Shown one piece after another: positions 26,186-37,500 of a stretch of 64,000 nt of DNA (positions are counted from its first letter, which is position 1; the number at the start of each line of letters is the position of its first letter). The DNA comes from Vicugna vicugna (taxonomy: Eukaryota). A program made the translations under genes and the position numbers. The stretch spans positions 4,971,308-5,035,307 of the forward strand of contig MU061578.1 of NCBI GenBank assembly GCA_013265495.1, given 5' to 3'. Under the pieces are notes generated by a model that had not been told where the DNA came from, made no database searches, and saw only the letters and a list, made by a program, of their open reading frames with translations.

Positions 26186-27978
26186 CAGGCGTGAGCCTCC
26201 AGTGGCCGAGCTGCTGCCGTTGGGTATGGTGGTAGCTGGCCCCTCTCTTCAGGGAAGGGGCGGTGAATGAAGACCCCACCCCAACATACATAGGTCGCAC
26301 CATCAGGATGCAGCCGGGCTCTGGGAGCGGGCTGGGCAGTGATGCCAGGGCCTCAGCTGGCCAGGCCTGTCCCTCCTAGCCCTTCTCAGACCTGCCTAGA
26401 TTTGCTACCATCTCTACCTTGGACTCAGGCCCTGGCTGTTGCTCTGTGTAGGTATTCTATGCCCAAGGCCTGGGAAGGGTGACATCTTGCAGCCTCTGAG
26501 CCTTAGTTCTGCGGGGGTAGGAAGGACGAGGCTGGAAAGGCAGAAGGATCCGGCCACAAAGTGTGGGTCCGTGGCACCCCCTGCTGGTGCCTCTTAGCAT
26601 GGCTCCCAAGCGGGTTCTGCAGTCCCCTGCCTGGCCTGCTGCTGGCAGTTCCCTAGAGATGTATTGGTCCTGAGAAGCTGACAGGTGCCCTGGGGACTGT
26701 TGCTTGACAGGAGCATCTGCCTGGAGCTTCTGACTCAGTTCCCTCCTCCCTGTGCTGGCCTCCCGGGCCTGCCTCTTGGACAGGAACTGCAAGGTGAAAG
26801 AGAGGAGGGCAGGATTGGTACAGGGCTCTGGGTCCCTCCTGAGGGAGGCCAAGGGCCAGTGGGATGAAGGGCTGGAGGGGATGTGACGTATCCTTGTGTT
26901 TCTGCAGAGCCTGAAGCTTCTCCTGGGCCTCATTGTGTGTTATGCCTGGAGAGGCCACCAAGGGAGGGGCCCTCTGACTGACCCGAAACCAGCCAGCTCC
27001 ATTTCCAGGGGCCTGCCCAGAGAAGCCTGGACCCATGGAATCTTCTTCAGCCCTCCTCCTCTCCAGCCTGGGGCCTCCTTAGCTCCCTGCAAGTCCCTGC
27101 AGCTGCCCCATTTTGCTGCAGTGACCTGGGCCCCAGGATCCCATCTAGACCCCTCAGGGGCATTCTCCTCTCCCAGCCCTGCCCCCTCCCCTTCACTGGG
27201 CTCCACATGCCCGTTCACTGGGGCTGCACCCTCCCCAGCTCCCTGCCCACGTGGCTCCTTCATGATTCTTCCCACTGTGTAGCACAAGTTCTCCCTCTGC
27301 GTCCCTCTGCCTCCCTCTGCCAGTACTGTGGTCGGCCACAGAACGTGGTTTCCCCCACCCTCCCTGCCTGGCCCTAACCTGGGCCTATGCACAGTAGGTG
27401 CCAAGTGAAGACTGGCCAGTGAGCATTGCAGGGAGCGGCCCTCTCACCCTGTGACCTCCCTCAGCTGGTCCTGAGGGCCTGGGTACCCCAGCGGGAAGAA
27501 GGGAGAAGCAGACACCCAAGCAGCTGTGCCGGGACCAGGGCAGCCTGGGCCACAGATGCCAGGGGGTCTTGCCCCTCAGGTCGATTCCCACTTGACTCTA
27601 CCCCTGTCAGTGTCCCCACACACCACACCCCTGTCCTCCACACTTTGCTTGCTCTTCCCGTGGGGCGCTCATCCTCCTCTGCCCACCTGCTCATGTCTCC
27701 CCTGAGCCAGGCCATAATGGTACAGAAAGATGGACCAGGAACCCTGTGTGACTTTGAGCAAGCCAGTGAGCCTCCCTGGAACTGTTTCCCCAACTATAAA
27801 ATGGGGCCAGTCACCCTGCTCTGCTGTCCCTATAGGACTGTTGAGAGGCTCTGAGGGGGACAGTGACTTCCTGTGAAAGGGAGAGGTTCTGGGAAGTGGT
27901 GTCACAGCACCACCCCCGCTGCAGCCCTTGCTGTCTCCCTTCCTCTGAGCCCACAGCCCTCATCTGTACTTGGTGTTC

Positions 27979-27984
27979 ATTAAA
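27979..27984 (+). terminator. Candidate TBC1D24 polyA signal ATTAAA
   Basis: First canonical-type hexamer seen after the stop codon; usage not shown. Confidence 0.35.
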
Positions 27985-28959
27985 CACGGTCTCGTTACAT
28001 GAACTCCAGGAATCTGAGTCTGGTTTCTTCAACCAGAGGGGCCTCCAGGGGCTCCCCCCAAGGCATGCCACCAAGTGGGGTGCAGCCTCATGCTTGTCAG
28101 TGTTCTATCACGGGGATGTCCTTTTAAAAACATAGCCTTTCAGAAGCAGCTGAAGGCATATCTGAGCACTTTTCACACAGCTTCCTCTGCAAACTTCCTG
28201 AACCGGGGTGTTCTTTTGCTGGTAAGTGCAGAGGACTCTGTGACTGCCCCAAGGGCCCCTGCCCAACCTTCCCAGAGGTCTGGCCCACAGAGGATAGTTG
28301 CTGCTTAGTCATAATTTCTGTATCATGAGATCTTTGCATGTGCATGCAAAATACTCATTGTCTTTGAATTTCATATCTTCTTACTTATTTACTAAAACTA
28401 AAAGATACGTGTGATTATTATCTTTATTTTTTAATTCTTAGTATTATCCTTATTATCTGATATTAGGTATTCCCAAATACGGCATAATTTATTTTGTTAA
28501 TATTCTTTGTTATTCCTGATTATTTATCATTAGCTTTGATGTTAAAAATTAGCCAAAGTCTTATGGAATTGCATAATGAGTTATCATTTGTTTTTCTAGA
28601 AACATTTGCAAGTTTGTTTTAAAAACAAAACATTGAACATAGTTTAAACCAGTCCATTAAATGATTCATCGAAGTGGACTGTATGCCTTTAAGGCTTCAG
28701 AAAATCAGTTTTCCAAAAATAGCTTATAATACAAAAGTAAGTCATTTGTATTTTATAAATTTTTCAGTTTTAGTTATTGAATTAAAATTAGTATTTCAAT
28801 TTTTCCTATTTGTATAAGTTCCATGCTTAATTTTTTTACTTTTTCAAGGCAACTTATTTTTAACACTTCTGAAGATTTCAGATCTTCAACTTCCTCTTAT
28901 CCATTTCCTGAAGTGACAAAGCCTTTATTATACTCTCCTTACATATTTTATATTTTGTA

Positions 28960-29150
28960 GATTATTTTTATAACTTTATTTTGAAATAATTTTAGATTTA
29001 CAGAGGAGTTTCCAGGATGGTACCAACCTCCTACATACCCTGCCCAGCTTCCCCCAGAGTTAACAGCTCACGTTTATCAAAACTAAGAAATTAACATTAG
29101 TATGATGCTAGAAACGTAAACTACAGTCTTTATTCAGATTCCCTTTTTTG
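28960..29150 (-). mobile_element. Antisense old L1M 3' fragment
   Basis: tttattttgaaataattttagatttacagaggagtt...ccagcttccccc..gttaac resembles L1MB/MC 3' ends. Confidence 0.65.
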
Positions 29151-29249
29151 TTCCAGCAATAGATTTAATTTTTATAGATACTTCCTTTCCCACATTTTAT
29201 TTAAATCCTGAATGTCATCAAATACACAAGACTAACACTGGTCAAAAAA

Positions 29250-30650
29250 AAATGGCCAGGCAGTAGAGCGAATGTCTCAAACATGAATTCATATGTCTTG
29301 ATTGTCCTCCCCAAAATGTCCTGTTTGCAGAAGAGGTTACCAAGTGAGGCAGCAGTGCTGAGCCTGCCTCACAGGTGCTTCACACTATGCTGTCAAGTTA
29401 ATAGAAAAGTGTGTGGATTTTAAAAAATAGCCTGCTGTCAAAAAAAGAAAAAAAGCATGACCTTTGTTATATTCAGGTCAGATTGTGCCGGAAACTGTTA
29501 GGTGCAGTGTCACGTTACTGTCACTAGGGCTGAAATGCCTCCCACATGTGCAGAGGCCCCCATTTCACGTGACCATATGGAATTTATCAAGGCTGTGCTT
29601 GGGACAGAGGAAGCAGAATCAGTGGACCCACTGTCATGCAGACACTCTGACCCATGTCGTGACAGAACACAACAAACAAAAGGCTTCTGCTTTAGATCGC
29701 TGAAGCCCCAGGCATGGCTGCTCAGCTCGGTTTGCCAGTTATAAGCGCCCCTGGCCGGAGACAGCCTACGGGTCTGATTTCATCCATCGGTGCCATCGAT
29801 AGCACAGGGAAGTTCACACAATCCAAGCTGTCCTGTCCCCTGTTTTTATCTTCCTGTGAAGACAGAGGGACACATCTCTGTCCTATTACTTCCTGAAGTG
29901 CATTGACTGGCTAAGGACATGTTTTGTCAAAAGCTTACAAGCTAAAGATGGAAGAGAAAAAAAGTTGTGTGACTAATTTTACTCTCTTGTTCTTACGTAG
30001 GATGGTTATTGGTTGAAAAATGGATTGCTGGGCTGACATTGTGGAGCATTTCAATGAATGTAATAAAAATTCCGAGGACCTTGTGAAGATATGTGTAGTG
30101 AGTGAATGTGTGGCTTTGAAGCAAAATCTAACTTTGGAAAAGTGAAAATAAGTGACTTAGTAATATGTTTGGTCAGTGTTAATTTGAGTCCTAAATAAAC
30201 AAATGGATCAACATCAGTGTGAAATACTTGATATGGAAACGTTTCCGTGAGGTGGGGGTTCCTGAGTGCATTATCTCCAGGACGGACAACATCCATGAAG
30301 AAGGAAGCACTGGACGTGAATTTAAGGGGCTGCAGTAGCTGATAGTGATCCATGCTGAGAAGTTTCTCCATTACAGAGAGAGATACCCAGCTGCTTTTTT
30401 CCTTTGACAAGTGCCAGCCAAGTCTTTCCCTGATCTGTCTTGTTTACTCTTGTTCCTGGCACCTGTCACATGGACGTGCTCCATAAATGTGAGGAATGGC
30501 CATCAGGAATCATGGTCCAAACTTCTCAGCCAAGAATTGCATGCATCCCTGTCAGGTGTAAAACTCAGTGTCCAAAGTCATACCCGTTCCAAATGAGAAC
30601 ATTTTACCTGGAAGTTTATAGAAGTCGATATTTATGTCTTTTCTAATACC
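29250..30650 (+). mobile_element. Degenerate hAT-Charlie-type DNA transposon with transposase remnants
   Basis: Collinear decayed motifs: PPTCAEAPI..MEFIKAVLG..PLS; SAL-IAEA..AQL; FIHR (29779-29790); EVH*LA.GHVLSKAYKL (from 29895); FPDLS..LL dimerisation-like segment (~30425). Confidence 0.7.
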
Positions 30651-33600
30651 TTGTGTTTTAATTGGGTGTACATATACAATATCAGGGAGAACATAAGACC
30701 TACTTTCTCTGTGGCCTGTGCACACGTCCGTCTTGCCGGTTCCTCCCAGTGCTGGAGGACTGCCAGCGGCCCTCCCATCCTTCCTGCCCCACTCTCGCCT
30801 CCCATTCCTCTTCCTCAGGCTGGCGGCTGGACACGCGCTCCTGCTGCTCCCTCTTCCTTTGCAGTTGCCTCCCGAGACCTGTGCATTCTTGTCAGCACTT
30901 TTCTGCTGCCACCCTCAGGTGGCCTGGCCCAAGATGAAGAAGTCCTGATCTCGTAGGGAAAAGAGATTTGGTCTCCAGTCGGCTCTTTGCCGCCAGCTGT
31001 TTTTCAGTTTCTCTTCTGAACCAAGAGCCTCTGCCTCTGGGCCATTTCCCCATCCCTTAGTGGGCTTCATGCCCCAAGCCTTGGACCCTTCCCCTGAGGT
31101 CCCTGTGAACGTAACATTTTGCCAGTGTCCCCATCCCTCCCCTAGAGACTCAGACTGTGAGAAGCAGGAGCCCCATGTGGTCCCACCTGTGCTGGGGCCT
31201 GTCGGATAACTCTAGGAGGGAGATGGCTGTGCACTGATCTCATGTGGCCGTGTGTTCCTGGGGCCTGTGGTTGAGGATGCCCCCAACATTCCCTGTAATG
31301 ACTTCTTACTGTAAGTGTGCTTAGGACCATCTTGTGGTTGACATCAATGACAGGCCAGAATTGGCAAGATATGTTCCCTGGGTGGGGAGTGAATCCCCTG
31401 GCTGGGGGTGTATGGGTGCAGGCCTGTATCCTCCGACATTTCAGAGGCCTACCTCTCTCAGGGTGGGTCAACCCTGGGCCACAGTGTCTGCCCAGAGTTC
31501 AGCCAGGCTGGGCTACCCCTCTTCTGCTCCCACCACCACATCACATGGGCCCCTTTGTGGGCCTGGTCCATAGTAATCGTGTCCCAGCTTGCGTCCCCAC
31601 CTGTAGCCACCCCTGGAAGTACTTTGTTTTATTGTCTTTTTTGACATTGAATTTAACCATTTTAAAGTCAGCACATCAGTGGCGTTTAGCGCCTTCACGG
31701 TGCTGTGCACCCACCACTTCTGTTTCCACAACATTTGCATCACCCTGCAAAGAGACTCATTTAAGCACCTGCTCTGCATTCCTCCTTGTCTCTCGGTTTT
31801 TTTAAAAGATAATATGTGCACCTAGTAAAAATGTCCCACAGTACCAGAACAGCTACAGTGGGAGATGTCCTTCCCTCTCTGGTCCACAGGGCCCACCACT
31901 GTCAGCAGGGTCTGCATGCACATCAGGTAAAGCACCTGTGCACCCCCCCGCACCCCGCCTCCTGTCATACAAATGCAGGTATCTCAGGGATCATCACCTG
32001 CTTCCATCTCATCAGCAGCTGCCCAGCTTTATGTGGTTTGGTCGTCTCTGATTTAAACACGAACAGGATCGTGTGTCTCCCCTGCTCAAAGCCTCTTCAT
32101 CTTTTCAGACCTCATTTAGAGAGCACCCCCTGGGGGTTGTCTGAGCCTCCTGGGCCCTCCCTCCTTTGTGCCACCTCTGCTTGAAGTAACAGTGTTTCTG
32201 GTTTGGCATTGGGACATCATTGTCTGTGACTCCAGCCCCCCGGGGTAGGGTAGAAGCGCTTTTCCTCAATTTTGTCTCCCCAGAGCCTAGCTCAGTGCCT
32301 GCACATAGTAGCTGCTCAACAGGCATCAGAGTGGCTTAGGGCTGAAGGCTGACAGGGCCCAGGCGTTGTGAATTCTGACTGCTGGAGTCAAAGGAGGTTG
32401 CGCTGGCCTTCAGGATGCTGAGCCCAGAACGGGGCAGACGGTGCACCCAGGGATGAGGATTCACCCAGAGCCCTTTCTGAGAACCTGCTCCCTGTGCCAG
32501 GCCCAGTGCCAGGCCCTGGTTTACTGTAAATCAGCCGGATTCACCCCTCCTTCCTCTAAGCAGCCCAGGGAGAGAGCCCCACACTGCCCCCTGGTGGTCA
32601 GGGCCGGCCCCTGGGCTCCCTGCCTGCTGCTGCTGGTCCACCCGGAGCAAGGATCAATCAGGCCCTTTCACATCAGCCCTCAAAGGTTGGGGTCAGCGAG
32701 AAAGGGGTGCTGCTCGGTTTCTGGGATCACCCTAATCATCTGCCTCTGACCTCTTGCCTCTCCCGGGCCTGACATCCAGCTGGAGCCACTGGGCACTACT
32801 CAGGGTCCCCTGCAGGGCTGGTTGCCCCTAGCCGAGCTCCTGGAGCCTCCCTCTACCAGTGTCCTGCTTGTGTTTACCCAAAGGACACTTTTTATTTAAA
32901 AAATTTCTGTGTTATTTTATACGCTCTACTTATTTTAATTATACAAAAAAGTCACCTTTACACATATTCCCCCAACTCCTGCCCAAAGTGAAACTATATT
33001 TTGTTTGGTCTCCTCCCAGCCCTGCCTGGGCCACACATATCTCTTATCTAGCCTGGTCAGGAGAGCCAGTGCCCTGTCTCAGAGTCACACCCTCTGGTGT
33101 GTCCTCATGGCCACTCGGAAGAATGGGACCGTCCACTGGGACAAGGCTCCCTGCCTGGACACGTCATCTGCAGTTTCCTGATGTTCTTGATAAGGCTGCC
33201 GGGTCAGGCTGCAGGACTCTCTTCTTTCTTCTTTGAAGTGGCTTCCTCAGGATAAGCTCACTTCTCCAATCATTTGTAATTTTATTCCTGGCTTCTACCT
33301 CCCCAGCCATCCCCTCCCTTCCCAAGGTCTCTGTAAAGTACCATGGGATTTCCCTCTCCCACCATCTTTCAGTTCAGGCAGTGGTGGGCCCTTCTGTCCC
33401 CATTAAAACCCTTGGGGAAGTCAGGACCCTACCCTGAATCCCTCTGTACCTCTCCCTATCAGGCTCTCTGGCTCGAGTTTCCCAAAGTCCCTCCTCCTTT
33501 ATTCCTGGAACTCCCAACCTGCACAATGATAGGCCATGGGCTTGTGACACCGTGATTTCACGCCAGGGGGTACAGAGCTCTGAGGGAGAAGGTGGAGGTA

Positions 33601-33779
33601 TATGCCCCTAGCCATTCTCTTCCACATCCCCTGGCCCATCTCATCCCAAGACCCTACTTAGTGCTGGGTGACCCAGAGGAAGATGACCTGGGTCTCTCCT
33701 GGCCCTGTCACTGGTCACCAGATGCTCCCTGAGCTCTTGTGAAGGAAGCAGGTGGTGTAATGAGCCGCACAGGCTGGGC

Positions 33780-33945
33780 TTAGCCTGTGGAGTTTGAGTT
33801 TCAATTTCACTACTTGTAAGCCAGCTGACCCCAGGCAAGGTATTTAACCTCCCTAGCCTGTTTCCTAGTCCACAAAATGAAGGTAATGGTATCCTTCCTC
33901 AAAGGATAATTGTGCAGATTAAAGCATACCCCAAAATGCTTAGCG
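33780..33945 (+). mobile_element. MIR SINE fragment
   Basis: tgaccccaggcaaggtatttaacctccctagcctgtttcc...aaaatgaaggtaat MIR core-like. Confidence 0.65.
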
Positions 33946-36399
33946 GGGAGGGTTGAAGGACTCCAGGAGGAGAGTGGCTGGTCAGATGTATCAGTTAGGA
34001 AGATCGCGTGGCTGTAGCATAAAGAAGACTGGGCAGGCAGACCAGGTTCGAAGCTGTGAGAAGACCCAGGCCAGAAACGAAGGCCTGCCTGAGAGGCAGT
34101 GGCAGCAGTGGGGCAGGGGAAGAGCTGGGAAGCCACAGAATCTCGGGGCCTGATGAGTCATGAAGAGTGAGCCGTGACTCGAAGGCTGCTGGTGCTCGCA
34201 GCCAGCTGGGTGGTTGAGCCTCTTGCCTGAAATGGAAATAACTGAGTGGAAGCTGGTGGTGATGCAGGGGGGAGGTAAGCTCAGCTTGACACGATCTGGT
34301 TGGAGGTGCCAGCAGCCCCACCAGAGACCCACTGTGACCTCTCACACCAGAACTTGGGCAGAAAACCAGAGTACAGTGAGCAAAGCCGATCTGCTCTCTG
34401 AACCTGCAGAGGGAACTGTCTCCCTAAACCTCTGGTGTCGGGGCTGCTGGTTTCTGCCCGCCTTGCCGCCTGTCTTTGAGATGCCTTAAGAATGATGGTA
34501 AAAAAGTTCCCTACATTTGACTAAAAAGTATGATCCACCCTTACTGTATAAGCCCAGCAAGTAACCTAGTAAATTGGAGGTAAAAAAAATTTGAATTCTA
34601 ACAAACTTTTTATTCTTAATTGGGTTATATGCTTTTTAATGAAGTGCCTGATAACTCGCAAACATCTATGTGTATGTATGCATAAATATCATTGCAATGA
34701 GATGATCAAGTGGAAGCATTGTAGGGGCCAATTATGTTTAAGGATCAAGAGAATTTTTTTCAGTTAGCACATTCATCTAATTCTGAGCAGCAACATCACT
34801 TTTTCTACTTTGTTTTATGGGGAATTGAATGAAGTAGATTTTTTTCAAAGTTTCTTAAAATGTTGCTTTTGGCTATGCTGTTTCCTGAGGTGGAGTGTCC
34901 TACATCTCCTCTCCTTAGGCTGAAGTCTCACCCTGCTTGCAGCCTCCCCAGCTTCCTGACCAGTGCCAGTTTCCCAGTCTGGGCTCCCTTGGCCCTGGAC
35001 CCTTAGTGCTTGGAGTTTGGGGGCCGGGCCTGGGGCAGGCATATAAGCATTCACTTGCTCTGAGGGCTTCAGGTCTGTAAAAGTGCAGGTGATCGCCGAG
35101 GGTTAGGATGGGGCAGGGAGAATCTGGGGAACACCTGGGACCTGCATTGAAATTGAAGCTGCAGGGCCTGGGCCTGGGCCTGTCCCTCCTTGTGACTCCA
35201 TGAAGGAATGAGGGCGTCCAGGCAGGTGGAGGTGAACTGGAGAGAGAGGAGGTGTGGAGAAGTGGGCAGCAGACTGTGGCAGCAGAGACGCCCATTCAGA
35301 CAGCCTGACAAATGGCCCTCAGCTTAGAGAAATGGCGGTCACCAGCAACCTTGGCAAGGGCAAGGAGCTGGGGAGGAGGTGGAGACACTGAGTGAAGATT
35401 CCTCTTTCCAGAAGTCAGAGTCAGGGACAAGGAAGCCAGGGGCAGAGGGCAATGGGGAGGGCTCTAGTCGAATGGTGGCCCCCATCTCTTTTGAACCAGG
35501 ACAGACATGGCACTCTGCGGGCTGCAAGTTCAGAGAGGGGCAGACCCAGCCTCACTGAGAAGAGGCTATGAGGGAGGTTCCTGTTGTGGAAAGTGGGTCT
35601 GAGTGTCCAGTGGGAGGGCCAGACCGGGGAGGTAACTCCCTCCCCACAGCCCATGTAAAGAGGTGGGTGACAGCTACTGGCCAGGCCCTCAGGGAGAGTG
35701 CTTGAACACGGGCACAAGGACTTGGGGCTCAAGGGAGACCCAGGACCAGCTGGCAGCCACCCAGGGTGCCTTAAATGGAGGGACAAAAGGGCAAAGGGAA
35801 CCAGAGCTGATGGGTAGAGATAAGGCAGCTAGCTGGGGCGATGGGATGGCCAAGTGGGATCACCTGGGCAGTGCCAGTCCCAGGCCAGCGTGCCTCCTTG
35901 GCTTAGAGGGAACCACTTACTGCTGCTACAGAAATCAAGGCAGCCCTGAATTTGTGGGCTTTGTGTGGGGACAGGCAGGCTGGGGACGACAGATGTAGAA
36001 ATCCGGGGAAGCCTTCACAGGTCTTAACACCGACAGGGCTTCAAACTTGTCATGCCCACATTCTGAGGGACAGAGAACCGCCTCAACTGTAGTCTGGGTC
36101 CCTGAGGCAAAGGAGGAAACAGATGCCGGGGAGGCGGCTCCTTTACTTTGGAAGCCAGGGGAGAAATCACCAATTGCTGGATCGGGTATGGTGGGTCTGA
36201 AGGAGACTGCGGACAGGGGGGCACAGGAGGGTTGCGGCCAGAGACCAGGACTTCACAGGGAAGTGGGGGCTTCCCTGGGGGCTGAAGCAGAACAGGCTGA
36301 CGCCCAGGATGCAGGACTTCGGCTTCGCCTGCTAGGACCCTCAGATTGACCCAGGAGGTGTGAGGACGTCCTCGGGGGCTGGGCTGTGAGAACACCGAG

Positions 36400-37500
36400 G
36401 CTGGGCTCCACACCAAGAACGCAAAGAACAGCGACTCTCGGAACCGAACACCTGCTAACGCCACGCAGCCGCAGAGAAGGCGGGGCGCCTCGAGCCCCGC
36501 CCCGTATGCAAATATGGCGCGCCACCGCCCCGCCCCGACCCAGGGGCCGGACAGGCCCAACGCCGCGGGGTTTGAGAGGCCGGCGGCGCACTACAGCGCA
36601 CCTGCGGAGGCCGCGGTGGGGCTGGCGCTAGGGTCCGGGAGGGCTGGGCGACAGTGCAGTGAGGGGGCGGTCCGCGAGGCGTCCGAGGGGCGCCCCCCAC
36701 CGGCGCAAGGTGGTACAGCCCGCAGGGGCGGGTCCCGGGTCATGTGACGCGCCCGCGGCCGCCATTTTGTTCTGCGGTGCTGGTATTTAGAGCGCAGCGG
36801 CTGACGGGCGGGATCGCCTTCGCAGCCGCCTGACCGCTCGCTTCGCACAGCTCGCCGCCCGCTGCCCGGCCCGACCTCGTCCCCAGCTCAACCCGCTGAG
36901 CTCGCCTCCTCCCCACTCGCAGACATGTCCGAGGCCAAGCACGGCCCCGAGTACGCTTCTTTTTTCGCGGTCATGGGCGCTTCGTCCGCCATGATCTTCA
37001 GCGGTGAGCGCCGTGGCAGGAGGGACCCGGGAGGCGGGGGCCGAGCGGGGCTTGTGCCCACGGCTCGCCGGGGTTCGGCGTGTGACGTCACTGTGACGTA
37101 ATTTCGAGCTGTTGGGGGTCCCAGTCCTCACGTGACTGCGGGCGGGGGAGGGGGCTGCGGGGGCTGTGGGGTGTCTGGAGCGCAGGGCCTGCGGGCTAGG
37201 CCCTGGTGTGGGTCTTAGAGTCTCCTGGGGGTCCCAGGACCGCAGCCCAGTCAGCTGGAGGTGTCAGTGCGGGGGTTGGGCGGCGGCGCCGCTGCCATCT
37301 TAGCCCCTGGAGAGTCCGGAGCGAGGCTGGGGTGGGGGCGCGCGGTCCTGCGCTTGCTCTGTACCCGCCCCCCAATCCTGCGGGCAGGTGTGACATCACA
37401 CCTCTGAAAGCTCCCCAGACATGGGGCCGATCCTGTCCGTGGGCGGTAGGGGATCCGTCCCTGGAGCTCCCTGCAGAGGACCACAGCCCTCGCCCTCGTG
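36400..37500 (+). promoter_or_regulatory. ATP6V0C: ATP6V0C CpG-island promoter with M-box/CLEAR, YY1, CRE and octamer motifs
   Basis: ATGCAAAT 36506; GTCATGTGAC 36739; GCCGCCATTTT 36758; GTGACGTCAC 37082; TCACGTGAC 37128. Confidence 0.8.
36925..37003 (+). CDS. ATP6V0C: V-ATPase V0 proteolipid subunit c, exon 1
   Basis: gacATGt MSEAKHGPEYASFFAVMGASSAMIFS; G|gtgagc. Total CDS 468 nt = 155 aa + stop. Confidence 0.96.

Noticed and set aside
30051..30410. 119-aa minus-strand ORF in the AT-rich block
   Set aside because: Antisense to the transposase remnants; the homology lies on the + strand
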